DNA of 64,000 nt from Tubulanus polymorphus. Lineage: Eukaryota; Animalia; Nemertea. A model generated the notes under the pieces. That model did no database searches, was not told the origin of the DNA, and worked only from the letters and a program-made list of their open reading frames with translations. Numbering within the stretch: the stretch's first letter is position 1; each line of letters begins with the position of its first letter. The stretch spans positions 18,510,150 through 18,574,149 of the forward strand of contig NC_134026.1 in NCBI RefSeq assembly GCF_964204645.1, in the 5' to 3' direction. Shown here one piece after another: positions 36,432-49,020 of the stretch. A program made the position numbers and the translations under genes.

Positions 36432-37890
36432 TTTCCTCTTTGCAATCTTCTTACAAGATCTTGAGAAATATTTGCAAGACCACGGTTTTCTAGGATTAGA
36501 TAACTTACACTTACTATCTACCTCAGAGTTTGTGAGGGGGTTGGGTCATAAAATCAAAATGTTTCTACTCCTGTATGCTGATTACACCATTATATTAGCG
36601 GAGTCGAAAGAGCAACTACAATTAGGTCTCGATGCCATGTCTCAGTATTGTATTGATTTTAAACTATCAATAAATGTCAAGAAATGCAACATTATGGTAT
36701 TCAGTCGCGGAAGAAAGAGAAACCCAGAACCATTATTTAAATTATGTAATCAGACAGTTGATACAGTGCCCGAATATTGTTACTTGGGTGTACTTTTTTC
36801 TTCAAACGGTAGTTTTAAAGCCCATATTAAGTGGGCGGCAAACAAAGGAAGAAAAGCGATGTTTTCTTTGTTACGGCAAGGTAGAAAAGTTTGTCTGTCC
36901 CAACACTTATACACTTACGTATTTGGTCGTGCCAGTTATAACGTACGGTTGTGAAGTCTGGGGGTTTGAAGACTTAGATGAGATTGATGCAGCGCAAACC
37001 AAATTTTACAAATGTCTATTAAAGATGAAAAATTCTACTCCATCAGTTATGGTATTAGGTGAAGTCGGTGAGCTCCCGGTGTCAGTGTCTATCCACTGTC
37101 GTATGGTTTGTTATTGGGCTAAAATGAAAAACGAAATTACGAAGAACAAATGGAATGTTATTTTTTATATGATTTTAGCTGAACTTACTGAGAAAGGGTA
37201 TTTACAATCACCGTGGTTTTTAAAAGTTTAAGGTATTATTTCCCAATGCAATCTCCTTCACGCGTTCAATCAACTAAATGTGTCGGAAAGTTTTATTAAA
37301 AGAACTGTGCAAGGTGTCCTCAAAACTGCGTACATTAATTACTTTTGGAACGAACTGCATCATGAAAAAAGGTGTTGCTTTTATAAACTTGCCAAAAAAG
37401 AATTTTGTTTTGAAACGTATCTAAACTTGCCAGCCGATTTAGCTCTTCCTATTTGTTTTTTCAGAACATCAAATCTCTGTATGGATTCAATAAACTGTAG
37501 ACTTTCTGATTTACCCGATTGCCTTCGTTCTTGCTCTTTATGTCATAATATCATTATCTTCGACGAGTATCATCTATTTGCAGAATGTTCAATTTTAGAC
37601 GAGTATAGACAACTAGTTTGGAACGGCCCCATCTCTTTAAACTTATCTAAATTTGGAACCCTATTAAGTAGGTGTAACAACAAATCTAGAAGATTAGGAA
37701 TTTTTTGTAAAACGATTGTGAAACTTATCAACCCTCGTCGTCATTTTAGAACAAAATTTTGTCAAATTTTATTGATTATTCTATATTTTACGTTATGTTA
37801 TACAATTGTAAATACTTCTTGATGTCCCTCTGTATACCTCTCGTTGAGGTGATGAGTGTAAATAAATTTCAATTTCAATTTCAATTTCAA
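36432..37890 (+). mobile_element. 5'-truncated RTE-X-like LINE with (tttcaa)n tail
   Basis: LLLYADY, INVKKCNIMVF, YCYLGV, YGCEVWG, C-terminal CSLC...DEYHLFAEC; aataaa then tttcaa repeats at 37867-37890. Confidence 0.82.
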
Positions 37891-37993
37891 AATTTAGTCC
37901 GTATCCAAGAACTTGTGTTCCGTTAACAAGTTATCAAATACGGGTACGTCACGAGGAAAAAGGCGAAATATAAATCCGTGGGAATCATGTTAG

Positions 37994-39207
37994 TTGTCGA
38001 ATAAACACTATAATCCGTGTATACTGTAGATAAATGAAGAAATCCCACACTTCGAATTTAAAATTATACGATCAAATTTATTATAATGAAACCACAACGT
38101 TTCGGCTGTTGACTAACAGCCATCATCAGGTGGAATGACCAGAAAAACAAGTAACAAAGCATATAAACTCACAGGATCTAAAATAGAAGCAGTGTGTCAA
38201 AACTAAAGATAAACAGACCAAGCAATAAAACATCAAGGGGTACCGTGGACCACAGAAATTCTAAACAGTTCAGAGTAAAAACAAATTATGTAACTAAGTG
38301 AAGTGGACTGAAGAGGGTGGCGATAACTGAGTGACACATAGTGACATTAACCCAAATCTAATAAAGAATTGATGTGTCTGGATAATAATTGGTTATGTGG
38401 AGAAAAACCAGTATTTAAATTAGTAGATAAATTGGATTTCGAAAGTTTACATGTAAGGGCTGATTCCACTATGTGTCTCTTATAAATATCTTAATTTACA
38501 AGGATAAATAAGTTTCGAATTCTGAAAGTCAAATTGGTGATTGGTTGTAAAGACATGATTTGCTATTCCACTCTCAGGCTTTTGGTTTCGGATATCTATT
38601 TTGTGTTCTTTAATACGCTGGCTAAGATTACGTCCCGTTTCGCCGATGTACATCATATTATAATCTTTACATGGTATCTTATAGACCCCGGACTCAATTA
38701 GCTCACTGTTGGGTTTATTTTTGGTTAAAACATCAGTGAGTTTGTTATTATACTGAAAGACTAATCTAGTGTCGATGGTGCTTAGTGTGGATTTAAAGCG
38801 TTCCAAAGTAGGTAAATACGGGATTATAATATTCTTTTGAGCTCTGCGTTTTGTGGTCAGGTCATTACGTCCAAAGTGAGAAATTCGGGCTTTGAAATAA
38901 GCTTTGTTCAAAATTTTGTCTGGATAGGCTAGTTTCTTGAGAGCAGTTCTTATATGTTTGATTTCTTTATCTAAAAACATTTGATCACAAATATACGTAG
39001 AGCTCGAAGAAATAATCCTTGGGCTATTCCAATTTTGATGTTCAAATGAGTAAATGAGAAAAAATGAAGATAAGCTTCAGCATTAGTCGGTTTCCTATAT
39101 ACAGAGAATTTCAAATTTGTTTTGAAATTATGAATGAGTACATCGAGAAACGGGATGCAATTATTTTCTTCCCACTCAAAAGTGAAGTTCAAAGTAGGAT
39201 ATAAAGA
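37994..39207 (-). mobile_element. Penelope-like element, RT thumb + GIY-YIG endonuclease + pseudo-LTR
   Basis: IPFLDV, VYRKPT, SGVYKIPC...YIGETGR; near-identical to 50499-51660. Confidence 0.92.
38092..38133 (-). ncRNA. Minimal type I hammerhead ribozyme in Penelope pLTR
   Basis: Minus strand CCAC-CUGAUGA-U-GGCUGUU-AGUC-AACAGCC-GAAAC-GUU-GUGG. Confidence 0.82.
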
Positions 39208-39389
39208 ATCTGAATTCTAATTTGAAGTACATAACAGTGTATCATAAAAATAGTTATTGCTGTCACAGAACTAGACGTTTTTTAAAAACTATCATATTGG
39301 TTGACCTACGTATTGATCTAGGCATTGGTAGCTTCCTAAGTTTCATGGGTTTTATTTTCTTAAGGGCAATAGTGGATCGATTTTCAGTT

Positions 39390-40030
39390 CAGGCAAACTC
39401 AATGCTTGCATGCGGTAAATCCATTGAATAATGAATTTCCTTAAAATCCAACTGTTCTGAATACAATACTTTAATCAAAGTCTCACGCGAGTAGATAGAA
39501 AGGATGCTTGTATGGTAAAACAATCCGTCGATTCGACAGCAGTAACTGATCTGATGAACTCGTATTATACTTTCCATCGGGTAAGATGCCTCCGATGTTG
39601 TTGCGGCTGCTCACTGCAGCATCTTTCCATTTGCTGACGATGCCTCAAAACCTATGAAATAGTTTATGAATGATATGTTACTAAATAACTTTGAACTAAG
39701 CGGCACCTTAGTCCGAATTTGTAAATATTCTCACCTATTGGACATGATACCCCTTTTTTCAAGATGCAATATTGTTCCTTTGGCAACGTGTACTTAACTG
39801 TCTCGTAATATGTGATTGTCTTGACACAAAAAGAACTGTTCACAGAAGCTCTCGTGATGGCACCGTACCAATTAGGCCCTACTGTTCAAGCTGGCGTCCC
39901 ATTTGTTCACATGGGATGGGGCGTCTTGAAACCTCCAGCCGAGTTTCCATTCGTCTTTCTTTGATGGGCACGGCCCACCAATTGCCGGTAGAGCGTAGGC
40001 CTACATGCCTCATGGCCACTTAACCATGAA
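39390..40030 (-). pseudogene. Apextrin C-terminal (ApeC) domain pseudogene, two exon remnants
   Basis: KWP*...YALPAIGGPCP...WKLGWRFQD...FFCVK...PKEQYCILKKGVSCP, GT-AG intron about 39735-39652, then GF...ILPDGKY...ISYCCRIDG...PFYL; stops and frameshifts. Confidence 0.72.
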
Positions 40031-40523
40031 TTTCATTTTCGGATCATAAAAATTGAATGATCTCGTTAGATATGTAAAAGGGGGTCGTAGGTTTAATAAA
40101 ACCTATATATGATATACTAAACCTAAGACCCATAAACAGCTAAGACCCCCAAATATCTCGGCCTAAGTAGCCTACACAGAAAATGAATTAGAGTCGGGTC
40201 TTACGTTTTGTTTATGAGTCTTAGGTTTGGTGTGACACCCGAATTTTTATACATTTTTAAATAAAACAAATCTATGTTTATGTTTTTACAGTCGCCATTA
40301 TCGATGTTTGTTAATGAAGGGCAGTTCAATGACATAGGGTGTCGGACTACACACTACCGACTTTGATAAAACGAATGAGTCGATTTTTCTCTAAAAATTT
40401 TTTTCAGGGCCATTCTACGGGAAAAGGTCACCCAAAAAATTTTGGCCCTACTCTTAGGGGGACACTTGATTTTTTAGGGCTGGGTCCGAACCCCAGGGAC
40501 ACCCTACAGTAGATCCGCCCCTG

Positions 40524-40817
40524 TTGTTGTTGCCACGTTAGGACGAAAAATAGCGCGATAAAACGAAAATTACCGCGTTAAAACGAGAAAAAGTCGCTTT
40601 AATCCGCGAAAAAACGAACTTTTTCGTTTTATTGCCACGTTAAAACGAAAAATGGCGCGATAAAACGAAAAATTAACGCAATGAAAATGATTTCGTTACA
40701 AAGTACAAATGCCGTTTTCTCAATTTTTCGTTTTAATGCGGCAATAAAACGAAAAAGTTCGTATTATCGCGCATTAAAACGACTTTTTCTCGTTTTATCG
40801 CGCAATAAAACGACTTA
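40524..40817. repeat. cg/taaaacg-motif-rich repeat related to 26417-26720
   Basis: Shares gaaaattacc..gttaaaacgagaaa; ends aaaacgactta. Confidence 0.5.
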
Positions 40818-40889
40818 TACCGGTATTATATCTCGTGCGTACAGTTTGGCACAATAAAGTATTGAATTGAATTGTGGATACGTATCAGT

Positions 40890-41310
40890 ATGGCGCCCGT
40901 TCCAATCAGTGACGAAGTAAAACAAGTAATTCAGATCTTTGTGGATATTCTCCTGCCAACTGAACCTATGAAACTATTATATCGAAAATTTCAAAAAGTG
41001 TGTGATAGTTGCTGCACCTTTTCTACTTGTAATTCATCTGTTATTGATATAGCCAATATAAAGGACAGATCGTTTTCGCTTGCTGCTAGTGGTAGTGCTG
41101 ATGATAATAACACCCGTGTGTCATTTGGAATGTTTTTCAACTCTCTTTTTCGGCCTGGGATTGAAGCTTTAAAAAGGGTGAAGGATTCTGGTCATTATGA
41201 CTCGGAAACACAACCTGAAATTGACCAACTTGTGAAATATATTACAGAAAACAAGATAGCAAGTTATTGCTATAAGACAGGCGATGCCAAAAAAAGTGGT
41301 AGGCCTACCG
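40890..41310 (+). CDS. Possible first coding exon of an unidentified gene (140 aa)
   Basis: ATG-started open frame ending at a consensus donor G|gtaagt; no recognisable domain; no downstream exons identified. Confidence 0.35.
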
Positions 41311-41620
41311 GTAAGTAATACACTAAGATTTAATGTCTATTTCAACCTGACTGACTTGAGAGCATTCCCGGTGGCCTAGCTCAGTCAGTTTTGGTAGTAC
41401 ATAGGCCTACCTAATAGAAGTCTTATTAGGAACAGAATGCATTGGCAGCTGACCTAAAATATGGTTTTTTAATCCACTTTAAACTGTATTGAAGGATATC
41501 CAAAAATCTGCATTGAGAGGGGTTCCTGAGAGAAAAGAGGCTCCATGATTTGAAAGTTTAACAATTTGTCACCATGCCTTCCAAATTCTGAAGTTTGGTA
41601 CGTAGGCATGAAAACATACC

Positions 41621-44600
41621 TGTTGTTCCTCGTGCAAATGAATCAATCCACTAAAATCACTTGTCTTCGTTTGCAATGCGTAGTTTATTCTTCTTTAAAA
41701 TGAAACGTCACGATTGACTGCAAGTCAAACAAAAATAAAGCATTTACTAAAGATTGCATTAGGTGCTGCCATCTATGGACATCATAAGGCACTAAAAATC
41801 AAAATCAAAACTTTAAGAAAGGCTCTAAAGGCAAACTCAAACGCTTAGTACGAAATATAACTACTCAGAAAAAATTGCAAATGTTAAAGATAATATATGT
41901 GAGTCGTAAAACGTCTTACCAAAACATATGACCATCTAAAAACTTCTAAAAGATGTACACTAAAAACTAAAAGAAACAATTGATCCAAATTGCCACGAAG
42001 CAAAAAACCTCACCACTCCCGCACACCAGGTGGCGCCACACCACCACCCAGGCCAAACACTAAAACAAGGGAAGTATTTGCCGCAACACACCAGCCCCCC
42101 AATAGGGCAAGGCCCTATGACATCCTTACATAACCGGTCAAATGCTTCGACGACTCCAAACATACAGCATATAATGACTTATTTCACTAAACACAACCAT
42201 ATGAACGCAACTCAAACACTAAAAAACCTCCCTAAAGGGGGTAGAAACCTTGCATCGATTATACTAAACTCGATCATTACATAACTACTAAAATACAATA
42301 TAGACTACATGTATAAAAAATTTAAAAAAACAGTGCACTTGTTTTAATAGGTAGCCTAGAGCAAATCGATTGTCCTAAAATGCGAGTTATTGCACCAACA
42401 TAGTTAAAATAACAGATTAAATGCCAGGTACGATCGCGCAAAGTCATTTTGACCGAACTTGAAGCAGCGCAATATATTCTTCACACCATCTTTTCCAGAA
42501 CAACGATGCCAAGTATTGAACCTGACGCCACCTACGCTTCGCATACCAATCTTCTTTCGAGAAGACGCCGGTCGGGAAATCAGATTTCAGATTCATGAGC
42601 AGAAGATGATTTGGAGTGATGGGTCTCGGATCGTTAGGGTTGTTCATGTCCAGGTCGTACAGCGGACGATTGTTGAGTATCGACTCCGCTTCGCAAAAAA
42701 CTGTTCAGGGCTTTCGATTGCCCGCGCAACAAGTGGAACAGAATTTTGCGTACCAATCTGATCAATCTTTCCTAGATGCCGCCGAAATGTGAGGCTAGCG
42801 GAGGGTTGAAACTCCACTCGAAATGCTTTTCGAGGCAAAACTGTGATATCTTATCCAGACTCTCCAACGCACGCTTCATGTCGGCACTGGCACCGACTAG
42901 GTTGGTGCCGTTATGAGACCGCATTTTTTCAATTGCCCCACGCCTAGCTATAAAACGCCTTATAGCGATGATACATGAATCCGTATCTAACGAATTCGCT
43001 ACTTCCAGGTGAACAGCCCTGCTGGCCATACACGTAAAAACGACGCCATAGCGCTTCGCAACGTTGCGCCCAGCTTTTACATCAAAGGGGCCGAAGTAAT
43101 CCACGCCGGTGTTTGAGAACGGTGGTTTGTCGGCCGCTAAACGCTCTTTCGGTTAGTCGGCCATCTTTTATTCGACCTTATCGCCACGATATTTCCGGCA
43201 ATTGACGCACTTTGCTATTATCGATTTGATTAGACCGGCGCAATGAGTAATCCAGAACCTTTGCCTCACATATCGCAGGATATAATTCTTGCCCATGTGC
43301 CCTACAGCTCTGTGCGCATTTTTCCAATATGAGCAACGATATGCGGGAGGTTTTTGATAATACAATTTGGTGTTTCTGGTCGAAAGGCACTATTGCGCGT
43401 TCAAGACGACCACCGACCCGAATCACGTCATCGTTCAGGTATACGTCGAGAACTTGCAGCTGGCTAGCTCGTTTCACCCGTGCATCGGTTTTCAGCTGCT
43501 CGTGCTCGGAGCTGAAGGTCTTCCGCTGCGAATGCTTTACTAGGAGCAGCTCTGCCTCCTCTATGACGGATCGATTTAGGAACGCGGTTGTCGCTCCGGC
43601 GGGTTTCGTCAGGCCAAGTTTTCTTTCCTCGGCCGACTTACGGAGTCTTTTCGCAAACAGTAGGAACCATGCTTCAGACGCCACCAATCGGAGTAATGGT
43701 AAATGAGCTTATCAATAGGCTGCGTAATACGAACGACCGAAGTAGCAGCGACGGGTCTTTTTAATTCACTACTGTCGACTAGACTTCGATCCACGATGTT
43801 GAGCGGCCAATCCGATTGGTCTTTGATAAGGAATTCTGGTCCGTTAAACCAGATCTCATCCTTTACTGGGGACTTGCTTGGTTGCAAACCTTTTGAGACG
43901 AAGTTTGCTGGATTGAGCTTTGTGTCGATGTATCGCCACTGAGAAACTTGACTGCCGTCTCTTATAACGTTTACTCGGTTGGCCACGAATGTTTGGTATC
44001 TTGCCGTATCGTTTGCGATATATCTTAGGACACTCTTGCTCTCGGTCCAGTAAAAGACTTCGTCGAACTCAATATCTAGTTCTCTGGCTACCATACTGTG
44101 CAGGCAAACTGCAACGGTGAGCTCCATGCGTGCAGTGAGCTCCATGCGTGCAGTGAGCTCCATGCGTGGTATGGTTGTCTTCTTCAGAGGCGCAACCCTA
44201 GATTTCGAGATTACCAAGCTACACGTGACGTTGCCGGACGGGTCAGCCACTCGCGAATAACAAACAACGCCATACTCAGTTTTACTTGCGTCGGTGAAGT
44301 TGGTACTTTAGCGCATCTGATCGTTGAGGGGCGAGGCATCGTGGAATTGAGACTAGTTCCAAGGGGGGTAATTCCGTCGGCCCAGGCTTCGAATCGCCTT
44401 TGTTTGTCTCGGGTGATGGCTTCGTCCCATCCGATGCTGTCTCTGCACAATTCTTGCAGCAGGATTTTGGCTGGTAGAATATACGGCGACACTAGCCCTA
44501 AGGAGTCGTAAACCGAACTAACGACTGACAAAATACCCCGACGAGTGGCAGGTTTGTTTCGATCCAAGCTAATGTTAAATGTAAGGCTGTCGTTTTCGAC

Positions 44601-45989
44601 GTCCCAGGTGACGCCTAGGGCGCGCTCTGTTGGCAGTCGATTATTGTCCAAGTCTAAATTGACGCTTGGTGACCATTCTTCGTGTGAGAACGATTTCATG
44701 ACGACGCGACTATTACTTATTATTTTGTGAAGGTGGAAACCGCCTTCCTGACATATGTATATAATGTCTCCCAGGTTGCGGATGGCTTCTTCGGTATTGA
44801 GAGACTTCTGGCAGTCATCTACGTAGAACGAACGCTTAATTCCTTCAACAGCTTCGGGTCTTCTTTCGACGTCTCCATTCTCGGCGGTACGACTTAAGGC
44901 TAGATTAGCGCATGTAGACGATGAGACACTGCCGAAAAGGTGTACTTTCATGCGGTAACAGGTGGGTTCAGAATTGAGGTCTCCGTCTTTCCACCACAGG
45001 CACCTAAGATAATCTGCGTCTTCTTTAGGCACTAAGACTTGGTGGAATATTGCCTTGATGTCCGCTGTGACTGCTACTCGATTTTGCCTGAATCTGTGGA
45101 GAACACCGACGAGGGCATTAGTCAAATCAGGTCACTGCATGAGTGCAACATTTAGAGAAACTCCATGGTACTTCGCCGTGCAATCGAAAACCATTCTTAT
45201 CTTGTTCTTCTTTGGGTGATACACCCCGTGGTGCGGTAGGTACCAAACGTCTGTCTCTTTGTTTAATTCGCAATCAGGCACGATTTATCCTTTTTCGATA
45301 ACTGACTGCATGAAAGTCATGTAATCCTCTCGGAACTTCGTGTCAGCGTAAAGCCTTCTCTTTAGGCTATTCAAACGAATCATGGCCATCGACTTGTTGC
45401 ACGGCAACTTCACGTCCTTCAGAAGCAGAGGTATCTCATAATGGCCGTTCACTAGCTCGACTTTGCCACTTATCTTATCCATAAAGGCTTTGTCCTCTTG
45501 CGACCACTGCTTCTTGTCTTCAATTATTCTTTCTGGAAAGTCGTGATTGAACATTTCTTTCAGGCGACTATCGATTTCGCGCAACTGCTGGTTAGCCGAT
45601 ATCGAACTCATCATGTGAGCCTGATCCATGGACTGACGTGTTTTTCTGACGATTCCCCAGGTGATCCAGCCGAGTTTAGTATTGACCGCTTAAGGTCCGC
45701 CGCTGGGGCCGGTGATCGATTGGACTGGCAGGAACGCGTCGGGAACATTGCTTCAACAACGACTGGTTTTCGGATCTTGGCTGGTGGGCTGATGCCTTCA
45801 AGGTGTGGCCAACTTCTGATTTCCTCCTCTGTGACCATGTATTCTTCTGTCACTGGTATTTTACTGATAGAGAACTTAGGTGGGAGTCTTATCGAGTCGT
45901 GGTTTTCTGCAAATGACATTTCATTTTCATTGCTGTTTTCATCAGACGATGGACAGCTCAGGAGTGAATTTAATGTCTGAGACAGAAAG
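41621..45989 (-). mobile_element. Bel/Pao LTR retrotransposon, 5'-truncated and decayed (RT, RNase H, integrase, 3' LTR 42088-41621)
   Basis: WYLPHHGV, TADIKAIFHQV, FYVDD, SKSRVAPLK-TIPRMEL, VGGRL, DYFGPF, VFTCMASRAVHLE, PITPNHLL; purine-rich ggggggctggtg before an LTR with tgttg...caaca ends. Confidence 0.93.
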
Positions 45990-45992
45990 TAA

Positions 45993-46528
45993 GGGGCCGT
46001 GCATAAAGTATGTACGCTTGACTTCCGGGTATTTTTAACCCCCCCTCCCCCCTTGTACGCTCATCGTACGTTTTTTTATAACCCCCCTTGCGTACATACT
46101 TATAGGGGTAACCCCCCCCCCCCCCCCCCCCAGTAAAACAGAATTTTCAGGAATAATGGTTTAAAGAAGGCAAAATCCACCCTGATTCAACAGAGTTCCT
46201 GCTGACGTTGATCAACGATCTTTCATGGCGACGAAATGAAAGACTGAAAGTGGGGAATTCCCGAGATCCAAATATAATATATTGAATGCAACAAACCCAG
46301 GGAGACCGGTTTCGCAATTAAGGCAGTGTTTGCTATACATTAAAGGAAGACAGGTTTACCCACAGAGATATGTTTCGTGCACAAAGTACGTACTATTAAT
46401 ATTAACCCTCCCCCCTTGGAAAGTATGTACGTTTTTAGCTGACCCCTCCCCTCCCCTTGTACGCTTTTGTACGGATTTTAAGAACACCCCACCCCCCCTA
46501 CGGACGTACGTACTTTATGCACGGCCCC
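45993..46528. mobile_element. PIF/Harbinger (Tourist-like) MITE
   Basis: TAA|ggggccgtgcataaagta ... tactttatgcacggcccc|TAA. Confidence 0.88.
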
Positions 46529-47139
46529 TAATCAATAATAACATTAATAGTACCAGTACTTGAATCCTTGCAAATCAAAGAATAATCACTCAACGCCTTA
46601 ACGGCCGTTTAAAAAAAAATTATACCAATCGCAATTGTAAAATAAAAAATGAGGTAGAACCTAAGTTAAAATTCTGGTCATTTCTAAAATGTTATTGATT
46701 ATTATTACTAATTTTTAGTCAGTGCGGAACGTTTAGTTTTCCAACAATAATGAGGGGTGGTAGGTAGTCATGCAATTCAAGTCATCATTTATTACACGTT
46801 ACTTCCGTGTTGTTGAAAATCTCGCGAGTCCTAGACTAAACCCCAATGAACAATGTGATCTGTGTGCTGGCCACCAAAATGCACACAGATCACACTACAC
46901 TACCCATTACACACTCCAGTACCCACCGCTTTCATATATCCATCAAAATATTTAGTGGCTTTCTTCCTGGATGCGGAAATTTGTGTAAAGATACACCATC
47001 CTTATGTGTGTTAGAACACCCGTACACGACACATTTTTTAACCATCGTAAACTCGAAAAAATAACGCAGAGAAACAAACGCATTGCATGTAATTTTCATT
47101 TACTTCCGGGTTTGTGTTGCCAACCTCTGACGTCATCTC

Positions 47140-49020
47140 ATCACGCTCCGCAAGGGCCAGGATTTGGTAGCCAGGAGCCATCTGTGAACGCCAGGGTCGT
47201 GTCTGCTCTGTTGACCTCAGTAAGTTGGCGTATAATGTCTCTAGCCAGCGTTACATGGTTTGAGTCTCTTGACTTGGAGGAGCTGAGAGCCATCCAATAG
47301 CCAGGTTTGGGCAGAGTGTGATGTAGCACACCAGGTACGAAATCCGGTTCAGGTTGAATATTTGCGACGCATTTTTTCTTGACGCAATAACTGATGTGTG
47401 AGAGCCAAGCCATGGCTCATTGGAGATAGATACACCTGGCAGGCTATACAGCTAGATAGTTGGCTTTTCATGGGATCTGAGTAGGCCTTAGCGTGGATTT
47501 TAGCCATATCATTAATGAGCAGCTGGGGGAAACAGAGGTCAAGGGGAAGAATCCCTGATGCTACTTCCATGACATCCAGGTTGGCTGTCGCTGGGACACC
47601 CAGACACAGAGCAAGTGCTTTTTTCTGAACGTTTAAAAGGGGCTTGAGTTGGTGAATTGGAACGTTTGACCATGTAGAGCGCCCATATTCCATAATCGGT
47701 CTTACCATTGCTTTATAAAGGCTTAGAAGGACTGAGGTGGAGGCGTCTGCAATTGATCTGACCTCTCTAATGGCTTTGAGGGCCCTGTTTGCCTTGCTGC
47801 AGTTATTTCGATGTGGTGTGAAAAGGACAGCTGTTTGTCAAAGTAGATTCCAAGCGAGCGAGGTTTACTGTTGTGGGGAATGTTCACTCCATCAATACTG
47901 ATTTGGGGAATGACACTTAGACTCTTCGGAGAGAAAATGGCAAATTCCGATTTTGGTAGGCTAAGGGAAGCTCTCCATTTCCAGCACCAGTTCTTGACAA
48001 GCTCGATATCTCCGGAAATGGTTGAGATGACCGACGATAGGTCATTTCCGGAAAGCCACATGCTGCTGTCACCAGCGAATTTAAATTTTTCCGAGTCTAC
48101 CCCATCAAGCATGTCCCTTACGTACAGGTTGAATAGCAAGGGAGCTAGCACGCTCCCTCGCGGGAGACCGACCGTTGATTCGATTGGATGACCTTCATAC
48201 TCGTTGACTCCGCACACCACCTTCCTGTCACGAAGGAAGTCAGCTATCCAAATTTTGAAGAGTAGACCGTCACGCCACACAGAGTCGTAAGTCCAGGAAG
48301 ACAGCCACTGTCACCTGCCCTGCGTGGAAGGCATATTTGATGTCTTGACATAAACGCATGGTATCGAAAGTAGTGGAGTGGTGCTTCCTGAAACCCTCTT
48401 GTTCTGGGTCTAGGAGACGTGTGTGTACAGACGGTGTAGGATTATTCTTTCCAGAAGTTTGACGACAGCACTAGTTAAACTAATCGGTCTGTAAGAGTTC
48501 GGGGAGTAGTAGGTAGGTTTGCCCGGTTTTCTGATGAAATTTGCCCTTGCGATCTTCCATTGGTGTGGGACTGAGCCGCTGGACCATGACATGTTGAAAA
48601 TCTCTAGAAGGGCTGCCCTAAAAATAGGACCCGAGTTGATGAGCATCTCGGGGGTGACACCGTCAGGTCCAGGGGCCTTCTTTTCCTTGAGAAGATTGAT
48701 TGCCGTGTCAAGCTCACTTATGGATATTTCATCGTTCAGGATTGATTGAGTTTGCTCAGAGGCATTAGAGCGTGATTGTAGTTTGACTTGAGCTTAAATT
48801 TCCTGCTTTAATAAATCGTCATACCATTTGGACTCAGCGCTTTCTTTAAAGAAGGTGTCCTGTAGGAGTGCACATTTGTTATCTTCTTTGAAGATAGGGT
48901 TACCCTGGCCATCCAGGAGGGGTAAGACCACGCCTTACTTCTGCCTGTTGGTTAGTTTCTGAAATGAGGACCACATACCTCCTGGGTTAGACCGTTCATT
49001 GAGTTCAAGCCACCCGGAAT
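47140..49020 (-). mobile_element. Decayed RNase H-containing non-LTR retrotransposon (I/Nimb-like) fragment
   Basis: KAPGPDG, SYRPISLTS, GLPRGSVLAPLLF, LGIYFD, RPIMEYG, then RNase H start AFTDGS...NPGPCGA. Confidence 0.85.

Noticed and set aside
36355-36954. A single 199-aa gene
   Set aside because: Chimeric frame: antisense Penelope sequence fused to the truncated RTE-X RT at about 36432.
42459-48749. Plus-strand ORFs over the Bel/Pao and LINE region
   Set aside because: Antisense shadows of minus-strand transposon coding sequence.
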